Below, one piece after another: positions 10,579 through 20,221 of a DNA stretch of 64,000 nt (its first letter is position 1; every line of letters begins with the position of its first letter). The notes beneath the pieces are model-generated. The model had not been told where the DNA came from. It ran no database searches and worked only from the letters and a program-made list of their open reading frames with translations. The position numbers were made by a program, and so were the translations under genes. Origin of the DNA: Hydrurus foetidus (lineage: Eukaryota); NCBI GenBank assembly GCA_900617105.1, contig UYFQ01000004.1, forward strand, positions 124,001 to 188,000, in the 5' to 3' direction.

Positions 10579-10804
10579 AGATTCCCCTCAAAAAGATTGA
10601 AAACAAAGTTGCAAGAGGCCGCGATCGTCATCATGCATGAACCAAAGCGAAAACCATGCACCCCAAGGTTGGGCTTTGTACACCACAATCCGTTGCTATG
10701 CAATAGATAGTAACGTTTTAGACATAACGGCCACTTGACACACGGACGTAACCTGAATCAAGTAGCCGCCAACTCTGCCATTTCTTCAACCGAAGGGCCT
10801 CACC

Positions 10805-11131
10805 ATGGACACCGTTAGCCAACTCCGAACCGACTTGACCAGCCTGCGCATGTTGGTAGCCATCGATTCGGCCATGCTCTTGTCCGTGCTGCGGCGCATG
10901 AGCCCGGAGCAGCTCGGCCAAGCCTCAACTGATTTCTTGGAAGTTTGCGAAGGCTTGAGCATCAAGACGCTGTTTTCCGAGATGGATGACCATGCGATCC
11001 AGGCCGCGCAGAAGCGGCGCGACTGGTGGGTGGGCTTAGTGGCAGAACTAGTCGCCGACAACGCAATGGCGACAACCGCTCCAGCCGAACCAACAGACAT
11101 CAACCGCCCCTCGGGCAGCGAAGAAGCATAA
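10805..11131 (+). CDS. Hypothetical 108-aa helical protein, divergent from tssB
   Basis: ATG preceded by GAAGGG; protein-like composition; no family recognised. Confidence 0.55.
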   Translation: MDTVSQLRTDLTSLRMLVAIDSAMLLSVLRRMSPEQLGQASTDFLEVCEGLSIKTLFSEMDDHAIQAAQKRRDWWVGLVAELVADNAMATTAPAEPTDINRPSGSEEA

Positions 11132-11333
11132 CGAGCGGACTTCAGCCCCTTTCCCAGCCAAGAAGCACCCGGGCTTTCGATTGGCACCATGGACATTTGT
11201 TCGCGCATATTCTTATACTAGTTTGGGAAGGCAATGACTTAAGGCATTGGATGTGCCTGGCGCTCCATCTTTTTGTTGCGAAGTCGATTGCTTCCGAATG
11301 GCGTAAAAACTACCCCTACTTGGAAGTCCCCCT

Positions 11334-13133
11334 ATGGTTACGAAAGCAGACCTCGATCGCAACGAAAAGAAGCTGGCGCAGCTGGAGGAAGATCTCAACA
11401 GAAATCACACCAACACAGCTCTGCTGCTTTCTACGTGTCGCGCCGTCGCAGAAAAGGGGGGGAGCATCAAGCACGCCGCCGCAAACATCAAAACCGGGCT
11501 ATTTCAAAACAAGCGAAAAATAGCGGCACAAACATTGGGCTCCGGGGCGGGAATGGCTGCCGGGTATGGCGTCGCCACTGCCGTCGGCGGGGCCGCGACG
11601 GCAACATTCGGTATCGCCGGCCTCGTGGCCTTGGGTGCAGTCACCGGTGGCATCGCAGTGGGTGTCCTGCTGTTGGGGATTGGCATAGCGGCAGGCATCA
11701 GCGCTTACAGATCCGATGTCAAAGCCCAAATGACAAAAAAAATTAAAGGCGATGACGGAGGGTTCGATTACAACCCGTCGACCCTCATGAAAGATCTCAA
11801 ACACCTGCTGACTGGCGGAGAAATGGAAGATCTCGCCCGTTATTTCCAAAAAGCGAAGGAAACCGAAGCCGCGTTCAAGCTCACCCTACAGAAACCGCTG
11901 AACAACTGTGCGGATGCAGTGAAAATGGCGCACGCGATGTACACCCATAGGCGGCGCCTGGAGGAGAAGCTCAAAAAGGGGCCGCATATGGACCACTTGG
12001 CCATGTACAAGAACCTCATAGACATGAAGATCAGCGATACGGCCATGATGCTTGAGCATTTAGGGCATGTGCACGCCATCAATATGGTGCAGTGGATCAT
12101 GAAGCTCGGCGATGCTGATCTCAAACGGATTAGCCGCACGTTCAATGATAAAGATGTTCGTGATTATCCCGACTTGAAATGGAAAAGCTGGTACGAACAA
12201 CTGGTTGAGAACAAGGCGATGCCAGCTAAAACCCATGGTGAGTTGACGGCGGCACAGGCCAGGGTTTTTCGCAACTATGGCGCCAAGCTCATGCGTGGAC
12301 AACAAACAGAATTCAAGACTTCACTGAAAGAGGTTTATGCATCCCTGCTCCATGAAGCCAAGTTCGCCTCGGACGGCGACAAGCATGACGTAGCGGGACA
12401 CATTGCCGACGGCCTGGAAAAGGAATTGCGCAAAACAAGCGCCTCTGCAATGGATGTTGCTGAGCTTACATCGCTCAAACTGCTGGACATCACACTGAGC
12501 GCGGGACAGACCGCTGCGACCAGTGCAGCCAAATCGTCTGCATTTGGCGCGGCATCCATCGGCTCCGTTGGAAATATTGCGGCCGGTGCGGGCGCCGGAG
12601 CATTGGCGGGCATTATCGTCACGTGCCTATTCACCTACGCGTTTGACAAGATAAACGATGCCCAAAATTTCAAGGTCATTAGCTCACGCAGTGAAACAGA
12701 CCCGGCAAAAAGAATCTGGCTGCTTCGATCCATGCTGATGACCGGACGCGTAGAAACGCTGTACGAGAGCTATGAAAAAGTCCAGAAGAGTTTCGACGCC
12801 TTCAAGGCATTCAACGCCCGTTACGACTTCGAAAACCGTTTTCCGAGTCATTACGAGCTTGTCAAGGCGACTACCACCTTTTTCCGTATGCAAAAGCACT
12901 TGCTACGCATGCTGGCAATGGCCGGCGTGCTCACCATGTTCTTCGACGAACTGGATACCGCTATTGACAGCATGATGGACTCCTACTCTCAGGAGGGTGG
13001 TGATGCCATTTTTGCCGTTGCATCAATCAGAAAACAGGTGGAAAAAGCCAAGCACACCTGCGTTGGAACATGCTACGAACTCAAGGCATGCGGATCCAAT
13101 GGCATTGTCGTTGCCAACCCCATCAAGAGCTGA
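11334..13133 (+). CDS. Hypothetical 599-aa protein with two Gly/Ala-rich hydrophobic segments and an internal duplication; candidate membrane-active effector
   Basis: Long ORF with no competing antisense gene; hydrophobic stretches near residues 68-125 and 400-438; the function is inference only. Confidence 0.75.
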   Translation: MVTKADLDRNEKKLAQLEEDLNRNHTNTALLLSTCRAVAEKGGSIKHAAANIKTGLFQNKRKIAAQTLGSGAGMAAGYGVATAVGGAATATFGIAGLVALGAVTGGIAVGVLLLGIGIAAGISAYRSDVKAQMTKKIKGDDGGFDYNPSTLMKDLKHLLTGGEMEDLARYFQKAKETEAAFKLTLQKPLNNCADAVKMAHAMYTHRRRLEEKLKKGPHMDHLAMYKNLIDMKISDTAMMLEHLGHVHAINMVQWIMKLGDADLKRISRTFNDKDVRDYPDLKWKSWYEQLVENKAMPAKTHGELTAAQARVFRNYGAKLMRGQQTEFKTSLKEVYASLLHEAKFASDGDKHDVAGHIADGLEKELRKTSASAMDVAELTSLKLLDITLSAGQTAATSAAKSSAFGAASIGSVGNIAAGAGAGALAGIIVTCLFTYAFDKINDAQNFKVISSRSETDPAKRIWLLRSMLMTGRVETLYESYEKVQKSFDAFKAFNARYDFENRFPSHYELVKATTTFFRMQKHLLRMLAMAGVLTMFFDELDTAIDSMMDSYSQEGGDAIFAVASIRKQVEKAKHTCVGTCYELKACGSNGIVVANPIKS

Positions 13134-13441
13134 AAATAACAGGGCATCCCAGGGCAATCACACTCGCGCAGTCTGCCCCCGCTGCCCATTCCGGTTCAGA
13201 GCAAATGCCTGCCATTGCATTTGCGGCGGGGGCGGATGCATCGGTTGACCTGCACCTCTGGAAAAATAAGAGGGATATTCTTGAATGCCAGAAGACACAA
13301 CGATGCGTAGACTTGTGTGCTTTGCAAAAACCGATCTGCACAGACCTTTTCGTGCAGTTTTGCAAAAGCAGGCCCTACTTCATCGGTAGGTCCTTGTGCT
13401 TCGTTCAGGCATCCGCTGGCTTATTTTTGTGGAGATCTCAG

Positions 13442-14721
13442 ATGCGTCACATGTCAAGTCGGACTGCGATTCAGGACATCTTGGCGAAGCGACTGGTCCT
13501 GGAACAAAATCTCTCCACGCATTGATGGGTGCTTTTCGCACCGGGCAACTGAACAAGGATCTGTTGCATGCCACGTACCGGATGCTGAATTTCTTGGTGC
13601 GCCTGTTGGATAACATTCCCACCCGCAACGTACTCAATGAGTGTGAAAAGGATGCTAGCTTTCTTCTTGGGCTGAAAAACCACTATGGAACAGCAGCGGG
13701 AGTGATGCACGACCTGCTCGAATTCAAAACACTTCCTGTCGAAGAATGCGGCGATCTCATCCGTTTTTACGGTGAAGTCATCGACAAACTGGCCGAAAAG
13801 GTGGGCGGCAGGTTCCTGTCAGACCGGGCCAGGCAGATCGGGTGGCGCTATGGCGGCGGCGGTGAGGCCTAGCGGGCACAGCACGGTCCTACGCATCGCG
13901 CTTTGGCAGACAACGGAATGGTCTGGCAAAAAAAGATTGTGCCCGGTGCGAAGGGCGAACAAGGCAAGGGCGGCCGCATCCGTGAAAAAGCCAAAGAGCA
14001 TGCCGTCAAGTTCTTTGCCTCAGGTCCTAGCCCGTTCTACTCACTGGTACCTGGCGAGTCCATCGACAAAGACACTTACGGCACACTCCGAAAGCAGGGA
14101 AGCAGTGGAGCAGGGGCCAACCAGTGGGTGTTGACGGAAAAAAGCTCGGTCAAGAAGATCGATATGGTGTTTGGCTTACCCTTCGCCGCTGATATTTCGG
14201 GCACAACGACCGACACCATGCACTTTATGTCGGGCTATTCGAACGTCGGGCAAAAGGATCCGATTATCTTCATGCTGCCCCTGGCCACCATCGTCTCGCA
14301 GTACCACCACTCGGTGCTGGAGGTTGCGCTCGCCATGTCCCTCAAGAAGGTCATCAATTACGCAGTTGGGTTTTACAGCACGCTATTGCCCAGCTACACG
14401 GGTTCGAATCAACACCCTAATCGGGGAGACATTGTGGGCATACTCGACAGTTTTGAGCAGCATGCCGACAATCAGCACATCCTGGTCTACTACCGCAATG
14501 GTCAGATAGGCGGTGCCTTCGTTGCCGATCCGTCCGAGTACGAGCAATTCAAAAAGTTGGCACCCTGCGACATCCGGTTCTGGCCCCGGTTCAACAGTAT
14601 GCAGACCTATCCCACGCAAGACGACGTCTTGCAATTCATGGCCCACGAGGGCCTGCGGGAAACCGTGGCACTGCGCGGTTCGCCCGTGATCTACACCCCT
14701 CGGGTCTTGCGCGGCGTTTGA
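13442..14721 (+). pseudogene. Interrupted gene (frameshift or coupled start near 13525, in-frame TAG at 13870-13872) with a C-terminal SG...HSxxE domain
   Basis: ORFs 13396-13872 and 13903-14721 share a frame and are separated by one TAG; a GGAG-preceded ATG at 13442 opens a 27-codon ORF whose TGA overlaps the ATG at 13525. Confidence 0.55.
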
Positions 14722-14754
14722 CGTTTCCCGGTAATCCGCGAGGCTAGGCCCACT

Positions 14755-15255
14755 TCAGGTAACCACCGCCCTTTTGGTCACGTCCAGCATGCGAGAAGCC
14801 ACGGCCGCCCCGAGAGCCATCGCCAGGGACAGCGCCACAGGGGCATTCTGTTTGCACAACTCGTCAAAACGCCCAGGGGTCAGACTCCAGACCCGGCACT
14901 CGGTCATCGCCTGGACCGTGGCATTGCGCTCCAGGTGGGAAAAGAAGGCCCCCTCCCCCACCACACTGCCAGCCCTGAGGGTGGCAATGATCACCTGCCC
15001 CGGTTCTTTGCTGTAGTGGATGCGCAACGCGCCAGATTCCAAAAAATACACCGTACGGTCCAAGGCGCCCATGGCGGTGAGGATATGGCCACGCTGGAAA
15101 GTCTCCACGTCCAGATAGTTAGCCAGTACCTGCCAGGCGGGCGCTGGCATAAACCGCGCCATCGAATCATCCGCCGGATTGTCTTGAATGGCCTTCAGCA
15201 GCGCTGTGACGTCGGGGCGATCGGTATTGAACAAGGATTTCAGTGTCGATTTCAT
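14755..15255 (-). CDS. Cyclic-nucleotide-binding domain protein (no HTH domain seen)
   Basis: VYFLESGALRI, VVGEGAFF, RNATVQA cNMP-domain motifs. Confidence 0.85.
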   Translation of the reverse strand: MKSTLKSLFNTDRPDVTALLKAIQDNPADDSMARFMPAPAWQVLANYLDVETFQRGHILTAMGALDRTVYFLESGALRIHYSKEPGQVIIATLRAGSVVGEGAFFSHLERNATVQAMTECRVWSLTPGRFDELCKQNAPVALSLAMALGAAVASRMLDVTKRAVVT

Positions 15256-15328
15256 GGTTAAGCGCAATGTGACGCAATTCACGCGACATGGCAAGCCGGG
15301 GCAGCATGCCGACTGCTGCGGACGGACC

Positions 15329-16396
15329 TCAGCCCGCCGCCGCCCGCGTCAACCGGTCCCGCACCCCATCCCACTCCAGCGCGTCGGGCGGGGTTTCCAC
15401 CCAGATCAGCTTCACGCCTTGCGCGTCCATTTCGCGCAGCTTGGAAAACAGCTCGTGCGCAGCCGGTGCGGCGTGGCTAGGCATGCGGTGCGCAATGACC
15501 AAGGGAGAGCGCATATGCAACGGGCTGCGGTGGTACAGCGCAATGGTGGGCCGAGCGTCCTCCGGTGCCCGGGCGCCGGCCAGCAGGTCCAGCGCCGCCT
15601 GCAGCGCCTTGGCGTCCATCAGACGCACGGTGGCACTGGGCGCGTAGTGCGATTCCAGAGTCCCAGAGGCCCGTGGCCCCTGCTGGCTCTGCGCCTCCAG
15701 CTCTTCTTTTGATAGCAACTGGCGACCACAGGCATCGGCCACCTGCGCTGCAGTAATCGATCCTGGGCGCAACAGCACGGGCGCACCGCGCGTGCAGTCG
15801 ATGATGGTGGATTCGATACCCACCTCACAGGGGCCCCCGTCCAGAATCAGTAAATCGTCGCCAAACTCGCTGCGCACATGCGCGGCGGTGGTGGGGCTCA
15901 CTCGGCCAAACTTGTTGGCGCTGGGGGCGGCGATGCCCCATACCTCGGCCTCACCCTCGGCAGGCTTGCGCAGTGCTGCCAGCACCGCTTGCGCCACAGG
16001 GTGCGCGGGGCAGCGCAGGCCAATGCTGTTTTGCCCGCCAGCTGCCGCCTCGCCCACGCCCTCGCGGCGCGGCAGGATCAGCGTCAGCGGGCCGGGCCAG
16101 AAGGCCGACATAAGTTGCTGGGCAAACGCAGGCACGCGTGCGCAGTAGTGCGCCACGCCGCCCATGCCCCCGTCAAACGCGGCCACATGCACGATCAGCG
16201 GGTGGTCGGCGGGGCGGCCTTTGGCGGTGAAGATTTTCCCGACTGCGGTGGGGTCGGATGCATCGGCGCCCAAGCCGTACACCGTCTCGGTTGGCAAGCC
16301 AATCAGGCCTCCAGCCCTTACAACAGCTGCGCCAGCAGCTATGGAATCAGGAGCAAGCTCCACGCCGTCCGCAAATAAATAGGCCGAAACAATCAT
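15329..16396 (-). CDS. tsaC: L-threonylcarbamoyladenylate synthase (Sua5 type)
   Basis: PTETVYGLGAD, KGRPADHPLIVH, FWPGPLT, AAPSANKFG, SGTLESHYAP; C-terminal SUA5 domain. Confidence 0.95.
   Translation of the reverse strand: MIVSAYLFADGVELAPDSIAAGAAVVRAGGLIGLPTETVYGLGADASDPTAVGKIFTAKGRPADHPLIVHVAAFDGGMGGVAHYCARVPAFAQQLMSAFWPGPLTLILPRREGVGEAAAGGQNSIGLRCPAHPVAQAVLAALRKPAEGEAEVWGIAAPSANKFGRVSPTTAAHVRSEFGDDLLILDGGPCEVGIESTIIDCTRGAPVLLRPGSITAAQVADACGRQLLSKEELEAQSQQGPRASGTLESHYAPSATVRLMDAKALQAALDLLAGARAPEDARPTIALYHRSPLHMRSPLVIAHRMPSHAAPAAHELFSKLREMDAQGVKLIWVETPPDALEWDGVRDRLTRAAAG
15668..15718 (+). repeat. 51-bp dispersed motif, copy inside tsaC
   Basis: GGCCCGTGGCCCCTGCTGGCTCTGCGCCTCCAGCTCTTCTTTTGATAGCAA. 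Confidence 0.6.
16306..16356 (+). repeat. 51-bp dispersed motif, copy inside the tsaC 5' region
   Basis: GGCCTCCAGCCCTTACAACAGCTGCGCCAGCAGCTATGGAATCAGGAGCAA. Confidence 0.8.
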
Positions 16397-16407
16397 GGGT
16401 GAGTTGC

Positions 16408-17637
16408 TTAGAAGGCGGCGATGCCAAGAATGCGCGCCGCCTCCAGCGCCGTGGCGCGCACCTGCGCCACGGTGGCACCGGTGATGTTGAGGTGGCCCAT
16501 CTTTCGGCCCTTGCTGGCGTGCAGCTTGCCGTACAGGTGCAAGTGGGTGCCGGGCAGGGCCAGTACGGCCGCCCAGTCGGGCACACCGCCATCACGCCCT
16601 TCGTCGGGCCAAATGTCGCCCAACAGGTTCAACATGATGGCTGGGCTGTGCTGGCGCGGCTGCACCAGAGGCAGGCCCGCCAGCGTGCGCACCTGCAGGT
16701 CGAACTGCGAGACATCGCAGGCGTCCATGCTGTAGTGGCCGCTGTTGTGCGGGCGCGGTGCCATCTCGTTCACCACCAGGCCTCCGAGGCCGGCAGATGC
16801 AGGATGCGCCTCGTCCAGCACAAAGAATTCCACGCACAGCACACCCACATACCGCACGCCTTCTGCTATCGATTTTGCAGCAGCTACCGCACGCTCCACA
16901 AGGGCTGGAGGCAGATTGCCCTCAAAAACCTCAGTCACCGCCAGAATGCCGTCGCGGTGCAGGTTGCGCTGCACGGGCAGATTCACGCAACTGCCGTCTG
17001 CGGCGCGCGCCACGATAACCGAGCACTCCAGGGCCAGTGGCAGCATCTTCTCCAGCACGCAGGGCACGCCCTGCAAGTCGGCCCAGGCCGCGGCCAGCTC
17101 AGCGGGCGTTGTCACACGCACCTGGCCTTTGCCGTCGTAGCCCATGCGGGCCGTTTTCAGGATGCCGGGCAACAGGTTGGCTTCGACGGCCGCCAATTGC
17201 GCAGCCGTTTCAATCACCACATAGGGCGCGCAGGGCACGCCACAACGCACAAAGTGGGCTTTCTCGGCCGCACGGTCCTGGGCAATGGCTACGGCAGCGC
17301 CACTGGGCGCTACGGGGCGGCTGCGCGCCAGCTGTTGCAGCGCCTCGGCCGGCACGTTTTCAAATTCGGTGGTGATGGAGGCCGACACCTCGGCCAGCCG
17401 GGCCAGGCCCGCGGGGTCGGTGTAGCCGGTCTGAATGTGGTGGTGGCTGATGCGGCCGGCCGGGCTGTTCGCGTCCGGGTCCAGCACCGCGGTGAAGAAA
17501 CCCATTTGCTGCGCGGCATGGGCAAACATGCGGCCGAGCTGGCCGCCGCCCATGACGCCAAGCGTCATTTCCTGTGACCCGCCCAGCGTCATCTCTTTGG
17601 GCCCGCCCAAGGCCAAGGCTTCAGACGCACCGCTCAT
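16408..17637 (-). CDS. purK: N5-CAIR synthase
   Basis: [40 protein letters not shown]. Confidence 0.97.
   Translation of the reverse strand: MSGASEALALGGPKEMTLGGSQEMTLGVMGGGQLGRMFAHAAQQMGFFTAVLDPDANSPAGRISHHHIQTGYTDPAGLARLAEVSASITTEFENVPAEALQQLARSRPVAPSGAAVAIAQDRAAEKAHFVRCGVPCAPYVVIETAAQLAAVEANLLPGILKTARMGYDGKGQVRVTTPAELAAAWADLQGVPCVLEKMLPLALECSVIVARAADGSCVNLPVQRNLHRDGILAVTEVFEGNLPPALVERAVAAAKSIAEGVRYVGVLCVEFFVLDEAHPASAGLGGLVVNEMAPRPHNSGHYSMDACDVSQFDLQVRTLAGLPLVQPRQHSPAIMLNLLGDIWPDEGRDGGVPDWAAVLALPGTHLHLYGKLHASKGRKMGHLNITGATVAQVRATALEAARILGIAAF
16863..16913 (-). repeat. 51-bp dispersed motif, copy inside purK
   Basis: Reverse complement TGCCTCCAGCCCTTGTGGAGCGTGCGGTAGCTGCTGCAAAATCGATAGCAG. 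Confidence 0.75.
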
Positions 17638-18137
17638 GGTTCGCTGCCAGTAATCGGCAGGGTCATGCTCTGCGCCTTTTGGGTCTGGTCACGGCGGAAG
17701 GCCTCCAGCTCCATGCGCATGTCAACGTTGTTCACGGCCAGCATGGCCACGGCAAACAGCGCCGCGTTGGCCGCACCGGCTGGGCCAATGGCAAAGGTGG
17801 CCACCGGAATGCCCTTGGGCATTTGCACAATGCTGTGCAGTGAATCCACACCTGACAACGCCTTGCTCTGCACCGGCACGCCTAAAACTGGCACCGTGGT
17901 TTTGGCCGCCAGCATGCCCGGCAGGTGGGCCGCACCGCCCGCGCCCGCAATGATGGCCTTGAGGCCACGCCCGGACGCCAGCTCGGCATAGGCAAACATG
18001 TCATCAGGCATGCGGTGGGCGGAAACCACCTTGGCTTCAAAACCAATGCCAAACTGCTGGAGAATATCGACTGCGTGCTGCATGGTGTCCCAGTCCGAGC
18101 TGGAACCCATGACGACGCCGATTTGAATGGTTTTCAT
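17634..18137 (-). CDS. purE: N5-CAIR mutase
   Basis: [40 protein letters not shown]. Confidence 0.97.
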   Translation of the reverse strand: MKTIQIGVVMGSSSDWDTMQHAVDILQQFGIGFEAKVVSAHRMPDDMFAYAELASGRGLKAIIAGAGGAAHLPGMLAAKTTVPVLGVPVQSKALSGVDSLHSIVQMPKGIPVATFAIGPAGAANAALFAVAMLAVNNVDMRMELEAFRRDQTQKAQSMTLPITGSEP

Positions 18138-18238
18138 AGTGCTGAATGCGCTGTGCGAAGCGCCAATTGGTAGGGCGGCGCAGGATTTGCGCACTTGGCC
18201 AGAATTGAATTTTACTTTTTCACCCCGAGCTACCCCAA

Positions 18239-19195
18239 ATGATCAACGTCACCATCGAAAACTTTGAGGCCGAAGTCGTCGCTGCCTCCCACCAAGTCCC
18301 GGTTCTGGTGGACTTTTGGGCGCCGTCGTGCGGCCCCTGCAAGGTCATCGGCCCGCTGCTCGAAAAGGTGGAAGAAGAGTACGCCGGGCGCTTCAAGCTG
18401 GTGAAAATTGATTCCGACCAGGAGCAGCAACTGTCCCAGGCCTTCGGCATCCGCAGTATTCCCACCTGCGTGCTCATGATCAACGGCAAGCCGGCCGATG
18501 GCTTCATGGGCGCGATTCCTGAGAGCAAGATCAAGGAATTTCTGGACAAGCACGTGCCCTCTGAGGCGGTGCTGGAAGCCGAAGCAGACGCCGAAGACGC
18601 ACAGGCTTTGGCTGCGGCCGGCGACCCGCAGGCCGCGCTGAACAAGCTGTTGGAAGCGTTGACCATCAACCCAGGCAACGACGACGCACGCTACGACTAT
18701 GTGCGCCTGCTGATCGAAAATGACCTGCTGGAAGACGCCGAGGCCGCCCTGGCGCCCAAACTCACCGAGATTCCGCGCCAGCTGCGCTTTGAAGCACTGG
18801 GCCAGTTTCTGGACTCCATCAAATTCGTGGTGACCGACGACCGTGGCCTGTGGACGCCGGACCAATTCGATGCCCTGATTGCCACCAACAAACGCGACTT
18901 TGACACCCGCCTGGCCAAGGCCCGCGTGCTGATGGTCGGCGGCGACTGGACGGGCGCCATGGACGAGCTGCTGGAAATCATCATGCGCGACAAGGCGTGG
19001 GGCGACGCCGTGCCGCGCAAAACCTTTGTGGCGATTTTGGAGCTGCTGACGCCGCCCAAACCCAAGGCCAACCCGGCCGACGCCGGCAAGACGGCGGGCG
19101 GTATTGAAATGCTGGGCAAAGTCGTGGCTGAGACCGACCCGCAAGCGCAGCTGGTAGCTACCTACCGCCGCAAGCTCAGCATGGCGCTGAACTGA
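18239..19195 (+). CDS. cnoX: Thioredoxin-TPR chaperedoxin (YbbN/CnoX)
   Basis: [14 protein letters not shown] thioredoxin domain, TPR-like helices, C-terminal YRRKLSMAL. Confidence 0.9.
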   Translation: MINVTIENFEAEVVAASHQVPVLVDFWAPSCGPCKVIGPLLEKVEEEYAGRFKLVKIDSDQEQQLSQAFGIRSIPTCVLMINGKPADGFMGAIPESKIKEFLDKHVPSEAVLEAEADAEDAQALAAAGDPQAALNKLLEALTINPGNDDARYDYVRLLIENDLLEDAEAALAPKLTEIPRQLRFEALGQFLDSIKFVVTDDRGLWTPDQFDALIATNKRDFDTRLAKARVLMVGGDWTGAMDELLEIIMRDKAWGDAVPRKTFVAILELLTPPKPKANPADAGKTAGGIEMLGKVVAETDPQAQLVATYRRKLSMALN

Positions 19196-19216
19196 CCCAC
19201 CAGGGCGCCCCCTTCG

Positions 19217-19741
19217 ATGCAAACTCCTGTCCGTATCGGCTCTGTGCATCTCAACGCCCTGTGCTGGACGAAAAAATCCAGGTCCTGATCGTGCGACCGG
19301 TCGCGACCGAGCAGCCCGAGTTGATCGCGGTGTTGCATGAGGCCCGGGAGCGGAGTGTGCACGTCATCGCTATTGACGGGTCGCCGGGTCGCCGGGCCGG
19401 CCCGACCATTTCGTGACCATCAGTGCCGACAACTACGGTGGCAAGATCGCCTATTTGCAGGGCGACCAGCGCATGGAAGCCGGGCGCTAGCGCACCTAGG
19501 GTTTGCTGAATGCCATCGCTCCCCATCCCGCGATCGATCTGGTGTTTGATGGCGCGCTGGACTGGCGTTCAGAGGTCGACTCGGGCACGCGCTGGTGGTG
19601 GAAGACGATGGCGTGGGCATCACGCACAGCCTGGTCGAGCACAGCCTGGGCGGGAAAATCGAAGTACGCAGTGAATGGGGCAAGGCCACGCATTTCGTCA
19701 TCACCTTGCCACTGCTGGCGCCCGCTGTGCACTTGGAGTAA
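19217..19741 (+). pseudogene. Degenerate relic of a sugar-binding-domain / histidine-kinase gene
   Basis: Fragments across frames: VLIVRPV...VHVIAIDG, ISADNYGGKIAYLQGD...R*RT*G (RbsB-like) and VEDDGVGI...LGGKIEVRSEWGKATHFVITLP (HATPase_c). Confidence 0.7.
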
Positions 19742-19790
19742 TGCGTTTCTTGGCGGTGGCCGCCTGCGTTTGCTCTGGATCAAGAACCTG

Positions 19791-20168
19791 TCAGGCTGCC
19801 TGGCGATGCGGCGCCCCGCTGGCGGCGGGATAGCGTTCGGTGGCCAGCACCCGCTCGGCGTTCAAACTGCGGATGGGAATGTCCACATCCTGCGGAATGC
19901 CCCCACTCAGCTGTAGCGCCATGTAGCGGCCACAGCACACGCGCAGGAAAGACGCAAAGTTGTCCACCTCGCCACGCTCCTCCACCAGCTCGTCGTAGAG
20001 CTTGGTGCAGAGCTGCGGCACGCTCATGCCGTCGCGCGTGGCGATCTCGTCCAGCACCTGCCAGAACAGGTTCTCCAGTTTGATGCTGGTGGCCACGCCA
20101 TGTAGTCGCACCGAGCGGGCGCGGCTTTCGTAGAGCGTGGGGTCGGCACTAATGAACACTTGGCACAT
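19791..20168 (-). CDS. Ribbon-helix-helix domain protein
   Basis: RSVRLHGVATSIKLENLFWQVLDEIA...NFASFLRV; a type commonly adjacent to PfpI genes. Confidence 0.85.
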   Translation of the reverse strand: MCQVFISADPTLYESRARSVRLHGVATSIKLENLFWQVLDEIATRDGMSVPQLCTKLYDELVEERGEVDNFASFLRVCCGRYMALQLSGGIPQDVDIPIRSLNAERVLATERYPAASGAPHRQAA

Positions 20169-20221
20169 GGACTGTCTCCTGTGGGGGCTGCCCCGCATGG
20201 TGCGGGCCAGCCCCCACACCG

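Noticed and set aside
11181..11200. TTGGCAC upstream of the 599-aa gene as a sigma-54 promoter
   Set aside because: No TTGC at the required -12 spacing
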